From Candidatus Latescibacterota bacterium (GTDB lineage Bacteria > Latescibacterota > UBA2968 > GCA-2709665), in assembly GCA_965248435.1 (NCBI GenBank), contig OZ252100.1, forward strand, positions 3,456,001 through 3,520,000: a stretch of 64,000 nucleotides of DNA, in the 5' to 3' direction. The stretch's first letter is position 1. Every line of letters begins with the position of its first letter. The notes under the pieces are model-generated. The model was given only the letters and a program-made list of their open reading frames with translations. It searched no databases and was not told the DNA's origin. This document shows, one piece after another, positions 39,236-48,981 of the stretch. Both the position numbers and the translations under genes were made by a program.

Positions 39236-40393
39236 ATGGTGATGGATATGCAAACCGCATTTACAGAATACTTCACCGAGAACCTTCCAGCCATGCTGGA
39301 TAGACTAAAAGAGCTCGTGGAACACGAAACACCAAGTACGGACAAGCCCGCTCTCGACGAAATGGCGAGACGCCTCAAGTCTAACTTTCAGGATGCCGGT
39401 GCAGAGGTTTCCATTGTTCCGAATAAAACCCGTGGCGACCAGGTGTTAGCCGTTTACGCCGCCGATTGTGAATCTCCGGACACTCGATCGGCGCTCATCC
39501 TGAGTCATTCAGACACCGTCTGGCCGTCCGGAACGCTCGCCGCTCGCCCCTTTCGGGTAGAGGAGAACAGGGCCTTCGGGCCTGGAATCTTCGATATGAA
39601 GACCAGCATTGTCATGGCCGAGTTTGCACTGCGCGCGATCAGGGACCTCGGACTGATCCTGCCACGACCGGTTACACTGCTCGTTACCTCGGATGAGGAG
39701 CTTGGCAGTCCCACCTCCCGGGAGCTGGTTGAGGCACACGCCAGGGAGGCCGAATACGCCCTGGTCCTGGAATCCCCGTTGCCCGGAGGTGTCCTGAAGA
39801 CGGCACGGAAGGGCGTTGGATATTTCCTGTTGGAGATCGAGGGTCGGGCGGCCCACGCCGGCATCGATCCTGAAAGGGGCAGCAGCGCGATTTCTGAACT
39901 GGCACAGCAGATTCTTCGTTTGAATGGTCTGGCAGACGCCTCGCGGGGAAGCACTGTCAACGTTGGTGTTGTAGGAGGAGGATCGCGTCCCAATGTCATT
40001 CCTGCCCGAGCCAGGGCGGAGATAGACGTACGCGTATCGGTCGTCTCGGAAGCAGGACGCATCGAGGTTGCGATTCTGGAGTCAAAGCCGCTCACCCCTG
40101 GGACACGTATCCGTGTCGAGGGAGGTTTCAAACGCCCACCCATGGAGCGGAGTCCCGGTATTGGGACGCTCTTCGAGCGAGCGAAAGAGATCGGGAATGG
40201 GCTCGGATTGGCGCTCGAGGAAGGTTCGACAGGGGGTGGAAGTGACGGCAATTTTTGCGCCTCTCTAGGTCTACCGACTTTGGACGGACTGGGTACACTG
40301 GGCGACGGGGCACACGCAGATCACGAGCATATTTATATTGATTCCATTCCGAGCCGCGCGGCTTTATTGCTGGCGCTCCTGCTGAATCTCTGA
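39236..40393 (+). CDS. M20 family metallopeptidase (putative desuccinylase)
   Basis: HSDTV; GPGIFDMK; SDEELGS; GRAAHAG; GGSDGN; GAHADHE. Confidence 0.9.
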   Translation: MVMDMQTAFTEYFTENLPAMLDRLKELVEHETPSTDKPALDEMARRLKSNFQDAGAEVSIVPNKTRGDQVLAVYAADCESPDTRSALILSHSDTVWPSGTLAARPFRVEENRAFGPGIFDMKTSIVMAEFALRAIRDLGLILPRPVTLLVTSDEELGSPTSRELVEAHAREAEYALVLESPLPGGVLKTARKGVGYFLLEIEGRAAHAGIDPERGSSAISELAQQILRLNGLADASRGSTVNVGVVGGGSRPNVIPARARAEIDVRVSVVSEAGRIEVAILESKPLTPGTRIRVEGGFKRPPMERSPGIGTLFERAKEIGNGLGLALEEGSTGGGSDGNFCASLGLPTLDGLGTLGDGAHADHEHIYIDSIPSRAALLLALLLNL

Positions 40394-40435
40394 AGAACAA
40401 CGTTCACGCGGGCTGGTTCGTAAGTAAGTGGAGGC

Positions 40436-40477
40436 CGTTGATCGTTGATCGTTGATCGTCGTTCGTGGATCGTGGCA
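40436..40477. repeat. heptamer tandem repeat (CGTTGAT x3 plus 3 degenerate copies)
   Basis: read directly; lies between convergent genes. Confidence 0.85.
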
Positions 40478-40496
40478 AGTCAGATTCGTTAGAGGA

Positions 40497-41567
40497 CTAT
40501 GAATCTTTTCCGGATAGAAAGTCTTTCTTCAGTTGGGACAGGAGGGCCTCCCGCTTGTCGTAGAGCCTTCGCAGAGAGCGACCTTTGTGGCGCTCCAGGG
40601 CGTACGCCGAGAGGATCGGGAGGGCGATCGAAGCATCACAGTAGCAAACGACGGTGTCGGGAAGGCCGGATGGATCCACCTTTCCCCACGTAACTGCTTC
40701 ACCCGGCGTCGCGCCGGAAAGGCCCCCTGTGTCGGGACGGGCGTCGGTAATCTGGATGAAATAGTCGTGACCGCTTTCGTCCAGTCCAAGGACCTCCTGA
40801 ATCTGAGGCTCGGTCTGCAGAATGAAGTTCTTCGGTGAGCCCCCGCCGATGATGAGGACCGCGCTTTTCCCTTCAGAGCGTTTCGCATCGTAGACGATTG
40901 CCGCGCATTCGTTCACGTCGATGCTTGGATCGATCTGGAGCCGATTCCCCCTCAGGGATTCCGCTGCAACATTCATTCCTATCGAGCTATCGCCAGGACT
41001 TGAGGTATAAATCGGCACGCCAGCCTTGTATGCAGTTGCAAGGAGGCTTTTCTCATTCTTGCCTACAGCGTTAGCGCGTTCACTGAAGTATCCTCCGACG
41101 TGATGGTAGAACTCGGCGGTCCCCATCACGCGTTGAAACCGTTCGCCTCTTATGACCTTCCTGAAGAAGGCATCCGTATCCAGTAGCACCTGGTAGTCGA
41201 ACAGGATATCGTAAATCCTGACCACACCCTCTTTCTTGAGTCGGGCATCGTCCTGCAAGGGGCTGTCGCGACGCATCGAATGTCCCAATCCAAAGTGTGC
41301 GTCGTGGTAGAGATTGGCCCCCGTGCTGACGATCCAATCTACCATCCCGCTTTCGATGAGCGGGATGAGACAACTCATACCAAGACCGGCCGGGGTAAGG
41401 GCGCCGGTAAGGCTCAAGCCGACGGTGACATCGGGCCGGAGGATTCGTTTCGAGAAAAGTGAACAGGCTTCTCTGAGACGCGCCCCGTTGTAGGCGAGGA
41501 ATGTCTCGTCAACGAGGTCCGAAACTAACATCCCGGGTTTGATCTTTTCGGGGGAAATCTCAGACAC
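40497..41567 (-). CDS. deoxyhypusine-synthase-like protein (homospermidine biosynthesis type)
   Basis: GALTPAGLG; STGANLYHD; SSPGDSSIG; GGGSPKN; [15 protein letters not shown]. Confidence 0.92.
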   Translation of the reverse strand: MSEISPEKIKPGMLVSDLVDETFLAYNGARLREACSLFSKRILRPDVTVGLSLTGALTPAGLGMSCLIPLIESGMVDWIVSTGANLYHDAHFGLGHSMRRDSPLQDDARLKKEGVVRIYDILFDYQVLLDTDAFFRKVIRGERFQRVMGTAEFYHHVGGYFSERANAVGKNEKSLLATAYKAGVPIYTSSPGDSSIGMNVAAESLRGNRLQIDPSIDVNECAAIVYDAKRSEGKSAVLIIGGGSPKNFILQTEPQIQEVLGLDESGHDYFIQITDARPDTGGLSGATPGEAVTWGKVDPSGLPDTVVCYCDASIALPILSAYALERHKGRSLRRLYDKREALLSQLKKDFLSGKDS

Positions 41568-41622
41568 GAATTTGCCTTCAGAACTTTAAGTTGAGTTTTT
41601 ACACCTGGCTCTCTTCAGGTCC

Positions 41623-42168
41623 TCAAGGAAGGAGGACTGCCCCTGCGATCACGGTCGTCCAGCGTGAATGCCTGTCGCCAATCGTACTCTGAGTGATGTT
41701 CCGAGTATTCACGATAAGACCGCTGATTTTCCAGATCTCCTGCTTTTCGTCCCAGCTTCCGTCCGGATCGAATTCCAGACCGAGGCTTGTGGCGAGCATC
41801 TCTGCGGCAATGTCCTCCGCATAATCTCCTGCCTGGCTGTATGTCTCTCCAAAGCTATGATGTTCGGATAAGTAGCCGTGATGCTCCCTGTCCTTCGGGA
41901 TGGCAACGCCGACAGAAGCGGCAACAAGCCTGTTCGGCTCGTTCGTCGCATTCTCGCTGAGCACGCAGAAGACGATCTGACCGGGGGACAGCTCCTTCAG
42001 GCCTGCCTCTCTGCTGATCAGCCGACACTGGGGAGGGAAGATACTCGACACGCGCACGAGGTTGAAGTGGGCGACACCGGCCTTCCGGAGCGCCAACTCG
42101 AAGCTGTTCAGCTTTACGGCGTGAATGCCCACCCCCCGAACGAGGAACATCCTCTTTGGGACAAACAT
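41623..42168 (-). CDS. pdaD: pyruvoyl-dependent arginine decarboxylase
   Basis: SFELALR.AG...NLVRVS|SIFP cleavage site; GYLSEH; WTTV. Confidence 0.92.
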   Translation of the reverse strand: MFVPKRMFLVRGVGIHAVKLNSFELALRKAGVAHFNLVRVSSIFPPQCRLISREAGLKELSPGQIVFCVLSENATNEPNRLVAASVGVAIPKDREHHGYLSEHHSFGETYSQAGDYAEDIAAEMLATSLGLEFDPDGSWDEKQEIWKISGLIVNTRNITQSTIGDRHSRWTTVIAGAVLLP

Positions 42169-42216
42169 GGTAAGTCCCTATCGAAGACTAACTGTTTAAG
42201 GACAGAAGGGCCCGCT

Positions 42217-42726
42217 TCACTTCTGGCGCCAGATCTCCCAGACGAGATGCGAGAGTTCGGGTACGATCAGTTTTTCCATCGCGAGGCGCACAGCTCCGGA
42301 AGAGCCAGGCATGCAGAACACCATGAGATCTCGGTAGACGCCCGCGACGGCGCGCGAGAGCATCGCTCCTGAGCCGATCTCTTCCCAACTCAGGGACCGA
42401 AACAGCTCTCCGAATCCGTCGAGTCTCTTCTCCAGAAGACCCGCGACGGCTTCATATGTCGTGTCCCGCGCCGCGATTCCCGTTCCACCGTTCATCAGAA
42501 CGGCCTGGCAGGCCTCCCCGTCGGCGATTTCGACCAGGGTTCGTCGGATCTGATCAGGATCGTCTGCGACGATCTGATAGGATCCCAGCTTGTGGCCGGA
42601 TCCGTCCAGCAGCTCCTTTATGACCTTCCCGCTCTTGTCGTCTGCTTCCGTCCGGGTGTCGCTGACCGTGACCACAGCACACGTCACCGGCGCCTGAGCC
42701 TGTTTTTTGTGGTCCTCGTAAGGCAT
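42217..42726 (-). CDS. moaB: MoaB/MogA molybdenum cofactor biosynthesis protein
   Basis: TVSDTRT...DKSG; GGTGIAARDTT; GFGELFR; PGS.GAV. Confidence 0.92.
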   Translation of the reverse strand: MPYEDHKKQAQAPVTCAVVTVSDTRTEADDKSGKVIKELLDGSGHKLGSYQIVADDPDQIRRTLVEIADGEACQAVLMNGGTGIAARDTTYEAVAGLLEKRLDGFGELFRSLSWEEIGSGAMLSRAVAGVYRDLMVFCMPGSSGAVRLAMEKLIVPELSHLVWEIWRQK

Positions 42727-42847
42727 CGTCTCTCCTCCCTGGTTACGATGGACGTAACATTCAGGTTTATCACAATGTTACATCGAAACATCGTCCAAAT
42801 CCTGGATACCTGAGGCGGGTGTAATATATGCGGACCAAAAAAAGGAG

Positions 42848-42875
42848 TCAAGTTGACTGAAGAGGATGCCGATAT
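42848..42875 (+). promoter_or_regulatory. sigma28 (FliA)-type promoter
   Basis: TCAAG-N15-GCCGATAT. Confidence 0.6.
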
Positions 42876-42917
42876 GATGGGAATAGGGGAAGAACGCTCA
42901 AACCTAGGCTACGAGCA

Positions 42918-43886
42918 ATGCAGATCGATACCATTCCACAGACATATTCACACCCCGGACCGCAAACTCTCCGTGAGGGCATCCAGGAAGGGCAGCAGCA
43001 AGGTCAGAGGCCTCCCGGAAACTCGCTCACAGAGGAAGACCGGTTCGAACCCTCTGAAGCGGGGGTCAAATTTCTCGGTGCTGAGAAACCGGGCTCCGCA
43101 CAAGCGGTGGAGGACGAAGGGGCCAAAGTGAGCGGCTCGCCTCCTGGATCGAGTGAGGGTGCCCAGCAGGCCACCTCGGAACTTGGCGTTGAAGCTGAAC
43201 GCGAAAAGACTGAAGGGGAGGCATCTGCCCGCCCTGGATCAGATCTGCCTGAAGAGGATCAGGCAGAGGTCAAGCGTCTCCAGGAGCGTGATCGGGAGGT
43301 CAGGGCTCACGAACAGGCCCACATAGCAGCGGGCGGACGCTACGTCCAGGGCGCTGCACAGTTCGAGTATGAGACCGGACCAGATGGGAAGCAATACGCC
43401 GTAGGGGGTGAAGTTGGCGTTGATGCCTCCGAGGTTCAGGATGACTCTCAGGCGACGATCCAAAAGGCTCAGGTCATTCGAAGGGCGGCGCTCGCTCCGG
43501 CACATCCCTCGGCTCAGGATCACCGGGTCGCTGCCGCCGCTTCCCGAATGGAAGCGAAGGCGCGACAGGAGCTGATAACGGAAGGCGAGGGGGAAGGCAT
43601 CCAGAAGGACGAAGCGGCGGGCCCCGAAGAGACACCATCGCTCGGAGAAGGGGACGATGTGAGTCAAGATAGCCTTCCGGGGGACTCTGGAGCCGAGGCT
43701 TCGGGTGTCAGTGGTGTGGGGTCCGAAGGTCAAGATGGTATCGAGGGAATGGGTGAGGTCGAGCAAACCGGATCGAATGATTCTGACATAAACTCGACCG
43801 CTCCTCCTGACGTCAGCGGACCGTCTCAAATCACATTCGACCAGGGAGTGACGCGTCCTGGTCAGCTGGTGGATATATATAGTTAA
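42918..43886 (+). CDS. SprA-related family protein (HEXXH)
   Basis: RDREVRAHEQAH; GPDGKQYAVGGEV; AALAPA.PS.QD; disordered flanks. Confidence 0.88.
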   Translation: MQIDTIPQTYSHPGPQTLREGIQEGQQQGQRPPGNSLTEEDRFEPSEAGVKFLGAEKPGSAQAVEDEGAKVSGSPPGSSEGAQQATSELGVEAEREKTEGEASARPGSDLPEEDQAEVKRLQERDREVRAHEQAHIAAGGRYVQGAAQFEYETGPDGKQYAVGGEVGVDASEVQDDSQATIQKAQVIRRAALAPAHPSAQDHRVAAAASRMEAKARQELITEGEGEGIQKDEAAGPEETPSLGEGDDVSQDSLPGDSGAEASGVSGVGSEGQDGIEGMGEVEQTGSNDSDINSTAPPDVSGPSQITFDQGVTRPGQLVDIYS

Positions 43887-43913
43887 CCTTTCGTAGTGAA
43901 CAGCGATGAGGCG

Positions 43914-43946
43914 AAGCCCTGGAGAAAACTCCGGGGCTTTTTCTTT
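43914..43946 (+). terminator. intrinsic terminator
   Basis: AAGCCCTGGAG-AAAA-CTCCGGGGCTT followed by a T tract. Confidence 0.85.
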
Positions 43947-43950
43947 GAGG

Positions 43951-43985
43951 CGGACAACAGACTGCAGACGGCAGACCGCCGAATG
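43951..43985. repeat. degenerate heptamer tandem repeat (CAGACNG)
   Basis: CGGACAA CAGACTG CAGACGG CAGACCG CCGAATG. Confidence 0.65.
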
Positions 43986-44167
43986 GATGGACTGATTCGC
44001 GAGGTTAGCGGTCCGTGGTCTTGGATAGCGATTTTGGTCACCCTCCCGCGAATGTGACGGATCTGTTGAGCGTTCCTTTTTGCTTTGAATGATCGAAATT
44101 TCGTCGGTAATTACTTCGGTGGACACACTCTAATGATGTAATCATCCGTGCTGGAAGGGATGTCGAC

Positions 44168-45025
44168 ATGGGCGCAACCGGTCCAAGGCGAATCGGAGAA
44201 TTCGAAGTGTGGCTGTTGAATGCGGGACGCTTCAAACTGGACGGAGGGGCGATGTTTGGCGTCGTGCCAAGGGTGCTCTGGGAGAAGCGCACAAAGCCGG
44301 ATGAGCGAAATCGCATCTGGCTGGGCATGAACTGCCTGCTGGTACGCACGCCTGATGAGACGGTCCTGATCGAGACGGGGTTCGGAGACAAGCACACGGG
44401 AAAGGAACAGGAGATCTACGGTATCGAGCCGCCCGGCGGACTCGTCGAGTCGCTATCGGATGCGGGCGTGGCTGTTGACGAGATAGACAAGGTCGTCTTG
44501 ACCCACCTCCACATGGATCACGCGGGCGGAGCAACGGTGGCAAAGGGTGGTGAGTATCTACCGACGTTTTCCAATGCCCGCTATGTCGTTCAACGGAAGG
44601 AGTGGGACGATGCGGTGAATGCCGACGGCCAGACGTCCGGTGGCTACTTTACGGAGGAAGATCTCATTCCCCTCGATCGGTCAGGTGTCCTGGAGCTGGT
44701 GGATGGGGACCACGACGTCTGCGGCGGCATTCGTTCGTTTATCACTCCCGGACACACCCGCGCGCACCAGTCTGTCGTGGTGACGTCGGGTGGAGAAACT
44801 GTCTGCTTCATCGGGGACCTGGTTCCGATGAGTCCTCACTTGCGTCCAATCTACATCATGGCCTTCGACCTCTACCCCAAAGAGACGTATCGTGTCAAAC
44901 AAGAGGTGTTGATGCAGGCTTCAGATGAAGGCTGGCTGGTGGTGTTTCCCCACGATGTGGGTCTCCCGTGGGGATATGTGAAGGTCGATGCGGACGGGAA
45001 TTTTGTGACCGAGGGAGCGAAATAA
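44168..45025 (+). CDS. metallo-beta-lactamase fold hydrolase (YtnP-like)
   Basis: LDGGAMFGVVP; THLHMDHAGG; PGHT..HQ; FPHD. Confidence 0.92.
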   Translation: MGATGPRRIGEFEVWLLNAGRFKLDGGAMFGVVPRVLWEKRTKPDERNRIWLGMNCLLVRTPDETVLIETGFGDKHTGKEQEIYGIEPPGGLVESLSDAGVAVDEIDKVVLTHLHMDHAGGATVAKGGEYLPTFSNARYVVQRKEWDDAVNADGQTSGGYFTEEDLIPLDRSGVLELVDGDHDVCGGIRSFITPGHTRAHQSVVVTSGGETVCFIGDLVPMSPHLRPIYIMAFDLYPKETYRVKQEVLMQASDEGWLVVFPHDVGLPWGYVKVDADGNFVTEGAK

Positions 45026-45027
45026 CC

Positions 45028-46011
45028 ATGCCGATCAAGATCGTATTCTGGCCTCCCCTGGAAGCGGAATGGATGGCGAAGGTGAAGGCGCTTGGGGTTG
45101 ACGCATTTGCGGCGCAGACAGAAGAGGAGGTACTGAGGGAAGCAGGGGATGCGGTGGCCTTTTGCGGGAACCCGACGCCGGCGATTCTGAGCGCGGCGAC
45201 GCAGCTGAGGTGGATTCAGGCGCAGAACATCGGTCTGGACAATTTCTTCTTCCCCGAGCTTCGAGAGAGCTCTGTTACGGTAACGAATGTGAGAGGGATC
45301 TACAGCGATGTGATTGCGGACCACGTCTTTGCGTTGTTGCTCTCGTTTGCCCGTGGGTTGCATCACTACGTGCGCCGACAACAGGAGGGAAGGTGGGCGA
45401 AGTCAGCTGAAGTGATCCACGTCGCCGGGACGACGTTGGGCGTTATCGGATTGGGTGGGATCGGGCTGGCCGTGGCCGAGCGGGGACGCGTGTTCCGCAT
45501 GCGTATTCTGGGTCTTGATCCCGCCCCGAAGGCCAGGCCGGACTACGTCGAGGCGGTCTACGCTGTTAATCGACTTCACGAGATGCTGGCCCAGGTGGAC
45601 TTCCTGGCCATCTGCGTGCCGCATACTTCTCTGACCGCACACATGATCGACGCGGTGGCCCTGAAGGTGATGAAACCCGGGGCCATCCTGATCAACATCG
45701 GACGAGGTAAGGTGGTGGACCTGAAGGCGCTCACCGAAGCGCTAGAGGCAGGAGCGCTCGGCGGGGCCGGTCTGGACGTGTTCGAGGAGGAGCCACTGCC
45801 CGAGGGTCATCCGCTGTGGGCGATGGAAAACGTCGTCATTACGCCCCACGTGGCGGGGTCGTCACCCAGAATTATCCCGAGGCGGATGGATTTGATTGTG
45901 GAGAACGTGAGGCGGTTTTGCGAAGGCGAACCGTTGCTGAACCTGGTGGACAAAGAAGCGGGGTATGTTGTGGAAGTCAACCCGGAGGGCGATGCGCACA
46001 TCGATTTGTGA
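45028..46011 (+). CDS. D-2-hydroxyacid dehydrogenase
   Basis: GLGGIG; INIGRG; LDVFEEEPLP; TPHVAG. Confidence 0.92.
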   Translation: MPIKIVFWPPLEAEWMAKVKALGVDAFAAQTEEEVLREAGDAVAFCGNPTPAILSAATQLRWIQAQNIGLDNFFFPELRESSVTVTNVRGIYSDVIADHVFALLLSFARGLHHYVRRQQEGRWAKSAEVIHVAGTTLGVIGLGGIGLAVAERGRVFRMRILGLDPAPKARPDYVEAVYAVNRLHEMLAQVDFLAICVPHTSLTAHMIDAVALKVMKPGAILINIGRGKVVDLKALTEALEAGALGGAGLDVFEEEPLPEGHPLWAMENVVITPHVAGSSPRIIPRRMDLIVENVRRFCEGEPLLNLVDKEAGYVVEVNPEGDAHIDL

Positions 46012-46017
46012 TCGGCG

Positions 46018-46824
46018 CTAACCGAGAAGGGAGAGCGCCCTCTGTGGAAGAACGTTCACCTGCGCCAGTAGAGCGATGTTGGCCTGGGCGAGGATGCGGG
46101 AACGTGCAAACGCGGTCGTCTCTCGAGCAACGTCGGCGTCGCGAATCGTGGACTCGGATGCCTGAAGACTCTCGATCGCGCTCTCGCTGGATCGGAGGCT
46201 GAACGACAGGCGGTTCTGAACGGCGCCGATGTCTCCGCGCTGAGTGGAGACTCTCGAGATCGCCTGGTCTACCTGGGAAATCGATTGTCGGCTGGCCTCC
46301 GGAGTGGCGACAGAGGCGCCGGACAGGTTGAGATCGGCAGTAGAAGAAGCCAGCGTGTCAGCGTCAACACTGATCTGATTGGCCTGCGTCGCGTCCGCTC
46401 CCACCTGAAAGGTGACTGGATTTGCGGTCGGTGATGAGGAAGCGCTCACCCGATCGATTTCAGCCGTCAGCTGCGAGAATTCAGTCTGCAGGGTGGAGCG
46501 GTTCTCTGTGGACAAGGTGGAAGATGAGGCCTGCACGGAAAGCTCTCGCAATCGGCCAAGGATTCCGCTGACCTCGTTGAGGGTCCCGCCGGCCTGCTGC
46601 AGGAAATTGGTCGCCTGCTCGACATTCCTGACGGCTTGCGTCAGTCCGCTAATCTGCGCCCTCTGACCCTCGCTGATACTTAGACCGGCAGGGTCGTCCG
46701 CGGCACTGTTGATGCGAAGCCCGGTCGCCAGCCGCTTGATCCTGTTTTCAAGCTTGCGGAGGTTGACGTTCAGGGAGCGACGGACGACGTTTGTTCCGAG
46801 GTTCGTGTTGACGCGCAGGGGCAT
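46018..46824 (-). CDS. fliC: flagellin (minimal, 268 aa)
   Basis: LRVNTN; RLATGLRINSAADDPAGL; FQVGA; RGDIGAVQNRL; ES.IRDAD.A.E; AQ.N..PQ.ALSLL. Confidence 0.92.
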   Translation of the reverse strand: MPLRVNTNLGTNVVRRSLNVNLRKLENRIKRLATGLRINSAADDPAGLSISEGQRAQISGLTQAVRNVEQATNFLQQAGGTLNEVSGILGRLRELSVQASSSTLSTENRSTLQTEFSQLTAEIDRVSASSSPTANPVTFQVGADATQANQISVDADTLASSTADLNLSGASVATPEASRQSISQVDQAISRVSTQRGDIGAVQNRLSFSLRSSESAIESLQASESTIRDADVARETTAFARSRILAQANIALLAQVNVLPQRALSLLG

Positions 46825-46961
46825 GGCTTGCTCCTGAGTACGAAGAAATTCGATCTTGACATCACCAAGATATTGAATCACGGAGAAAGCTGCAATTCAA
46901 TTTTGTGCTATCTCGCGCCGCCTGACGCAGGAACAAGCACTCGGTCGAGAGAGGGTGAGCT

Positions 46962-47849
46962 ATGGAATTCAGGACCTTGGGGAAGACGACGATGAACGTC
47001 AGTCGAATCGGTTTCGGAGGCGCCAGAATCGGTTCGGATGAGGTTCCACCCGATCAGGTCGAAGCATTGCTGAACACCGTATTGGATCTGGGCATCAACT
47101 TCGTGGATACAGCAGCGTGCTATCACGAGAGCGAGGAATGGATCGGCAAATTCATCGGCCGAAGGCGAAGCGAATTTATCCTGGCTTCGAAGTGTGGACA
47201 CGTGACCGGAGGGGCGAGCGGAGAGAAATGGTCCAGGCCGGTAATCTCCGAGAGCGTCGACCGGTCTCTCAAGCGCCTCGAGACGGACTACCTCGATCTG
47301 CTCCAGCTCCACAGCTGCTCGAAGGAGGTGCTCCTTGAAGGAGAAGCAGTCGATGCGATTCTGAGGGCGCAGGAGCAAGGGAAGACACGACACGTCGGAT
47401 ACAGCGGCGACGGGGAAGACGCCCTCGAGGCAGTACGGATGGGGGTCTTCGATACGCTTCAGACTTCGTTCAACCTCGTAGACCAAAGCGCAAGGGAGGA
47501 AATCCTGCCCGCAGCGAAAGAGGCGGGGCTGGGCGTGATCGCAAAGCGCCCCGTGGCCAACGGTGCCTTCGGCAAGTCCGCCTCCCCGTACAAGTACTCC
47601 GATCTCTACTGGAAGCGTGCGCAGCGGCTTCAGGTACCCGAAGGCGCTCCTGAGGACCCGCAGGAGTTGTCGCTTCGATTTACGCTGTCTGCGGACGTCA
47701 TCGATACAGCTATCGTGGGGACGACGAAGGCGGAGCACGCGCGGCGGAACGTCGAGCTGGCGGAAATGGGGCCTTTAGCGGCTTCAGTCAGGGAATCGTT
47801 TTACGATCAGTTCGAGAGGTTGGGGAGAGATTGGACCCAGCTGATGTAG
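46962..47849 (+). CDS. aldo/keto reductase
   Basis: GINFVDTAACY; SLKRLETDYLDLLQLH. Confidence 0.92.
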   Translation: MEFRTLGKTTMNVSRIGFGGARIGSDEVPPDQVEALLNTVLDLGINFVDTAACYHESEEWIGKFIGRRRSEFILASKCGHVTGGASGEKWSRPVISESVDRSLKRLETDYLDLLQLHSCSKEVLLEGEAVDAILRAQEQGKTRHVGYSGDGEDALEAVRMGVFDTLQTSFNLVDQSAREEILPAAKEAGLGVIAKRPVANGAFGKSASPYKYSDLYWKRAQRLQVPEGAPEDPQELSLRFTLSADVIDTAIVGTTKAEHARRNVELAEMGPLAASVRESFYDQFERLGRDWTQLM

Positions 47850-47853
47850 CGCT

Positions 47854-48951
47854 TCATCCCAAACGCTGCCGCAATATCTCTGCCGCTTCACACATCGACC
47901 TGAGCTTCAAGTAGGCTTCGTCCAGGTCCATCGGATTCTGAACCGAGGGGGAGAACCCGCAATCCGGGTGCAGGGTGATGCGCTCTGCATCCACGTGGCG
48001 CATCGCGCCCTCCACGCGCGCCACGACTTCCTCGGCCGTTTCAACGTGAGTGTCGCAGTGGTCGATACACCCGAGACCCAATCGTCGATTCTCGGGGAAT
48101 TGTGAGAGGGATTCCAGGCCCCCTGCATCCGGGGTCGCATACTCCATCGAGATTGTACCTACTCGAACGTTCTGAAGGGCCGGCATAATCAGTTCGTAGC
48201 CGCCCTTAGTGGCGTGCTTGTGGTCGAAGTGGGCGTGGCAGAGGTGCATTCCGGTCGCAATGCCTTCGATTCCGTCCACCGTCTGGTTGATCAGGTCCAC
48301 GCAGAGGTCCATTTCGTACTGCAGGTCGGTGACGTTCTCCCTTTCGCGAAAGTTCGGATCGACCATCGTACTGAGCCAGGGCTCGTCGAGTTGAATAGTG
48401 TCGGCTCCGATGTCGCGGATCGCCTCGATCTCCCGCCGCAAGATCGGCACGCAGTCGGCCATCAGCTTCTCGGGACTCGGATAAGCCGCCTTCGAGTGAT
48501 CAGGATGCCACATCCGCCGGCCGACGATGTAGGGCGCGGGCAGCGTCGCCTTGACCCTTCGCTGAGTCAGTTTCCGAGTGTAACGGACCTCCTCGGCCGC
48601 CAGAGGCTGGAAATACTCGATCGGTGCGACGACAGCCGGGTAGGACAACACCCCGTCGCTGGGGTTAAGGTCGGACTGAAAACCTCGCACACGTTCGGCA
48701 AAGATCTTGACGTAGCTCTCCCGGCGCCATTCGCCATCGGTGATCTCGTCCAGGCCGGCCCGTTCCTGAAGCCGAATCGCCGATTCGACCGCGCCGTCGA
48801 GCAGGCTGTCGACATCCTCCTCTGAAATCCGACCCTCCTTCCGATCCAGGATCACTTCGCGAATCCATTCTGGGCGAGGCAGGCTTCCGATTACGGTCGT
48901 GGGAAACAGCTTGTCTGCCAAGCCAGGCCTCCTTTCTTTCCGGCTCTTCAC
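47854..48951 (-). CDS. cobalamin-independent methionine synthase II family protein
   Basis: TT.IGSLPRP; GLD.ITDGE.RR; QLDEP; HLCH; PDCGF Zn ligands. Confidence 0.88.
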   Translation of the reverse strand: MKSRKERRPGLADKLFPTTVIGSLPRPEWIREVILDRKEGRISEEDVDSLLDGAVESAIRLQERAGLDEITDGEWRRESYVKIFAERVRGFQSDLNPSDGVLSYPAVVAPIEYFQPLAAEEVRYTRKLTQRRVKATLPAPYIVGRRMWHPDHSKAAYPSPEKLMADCVPILRREIEAIRDIGADTIQLDEPWLSTMVDPNFRERENVTDLQYEMDLCVDLINQTVDGIEGIATGMHLCHAHFDHKHATKGGYELIMPALQNVRVGTISMEYATPDAGGLESLSQFPENRRLGLGCIDHCDTHVETAEEVVARVEGAMRHVDAERITLHPDCGFSPSVQNPMDLDEAYLKLRSMCEAAEILRQRLG

Positions 48952-48981
48952 CCCACCTCACAAAACATCATGCCTCCGGCG

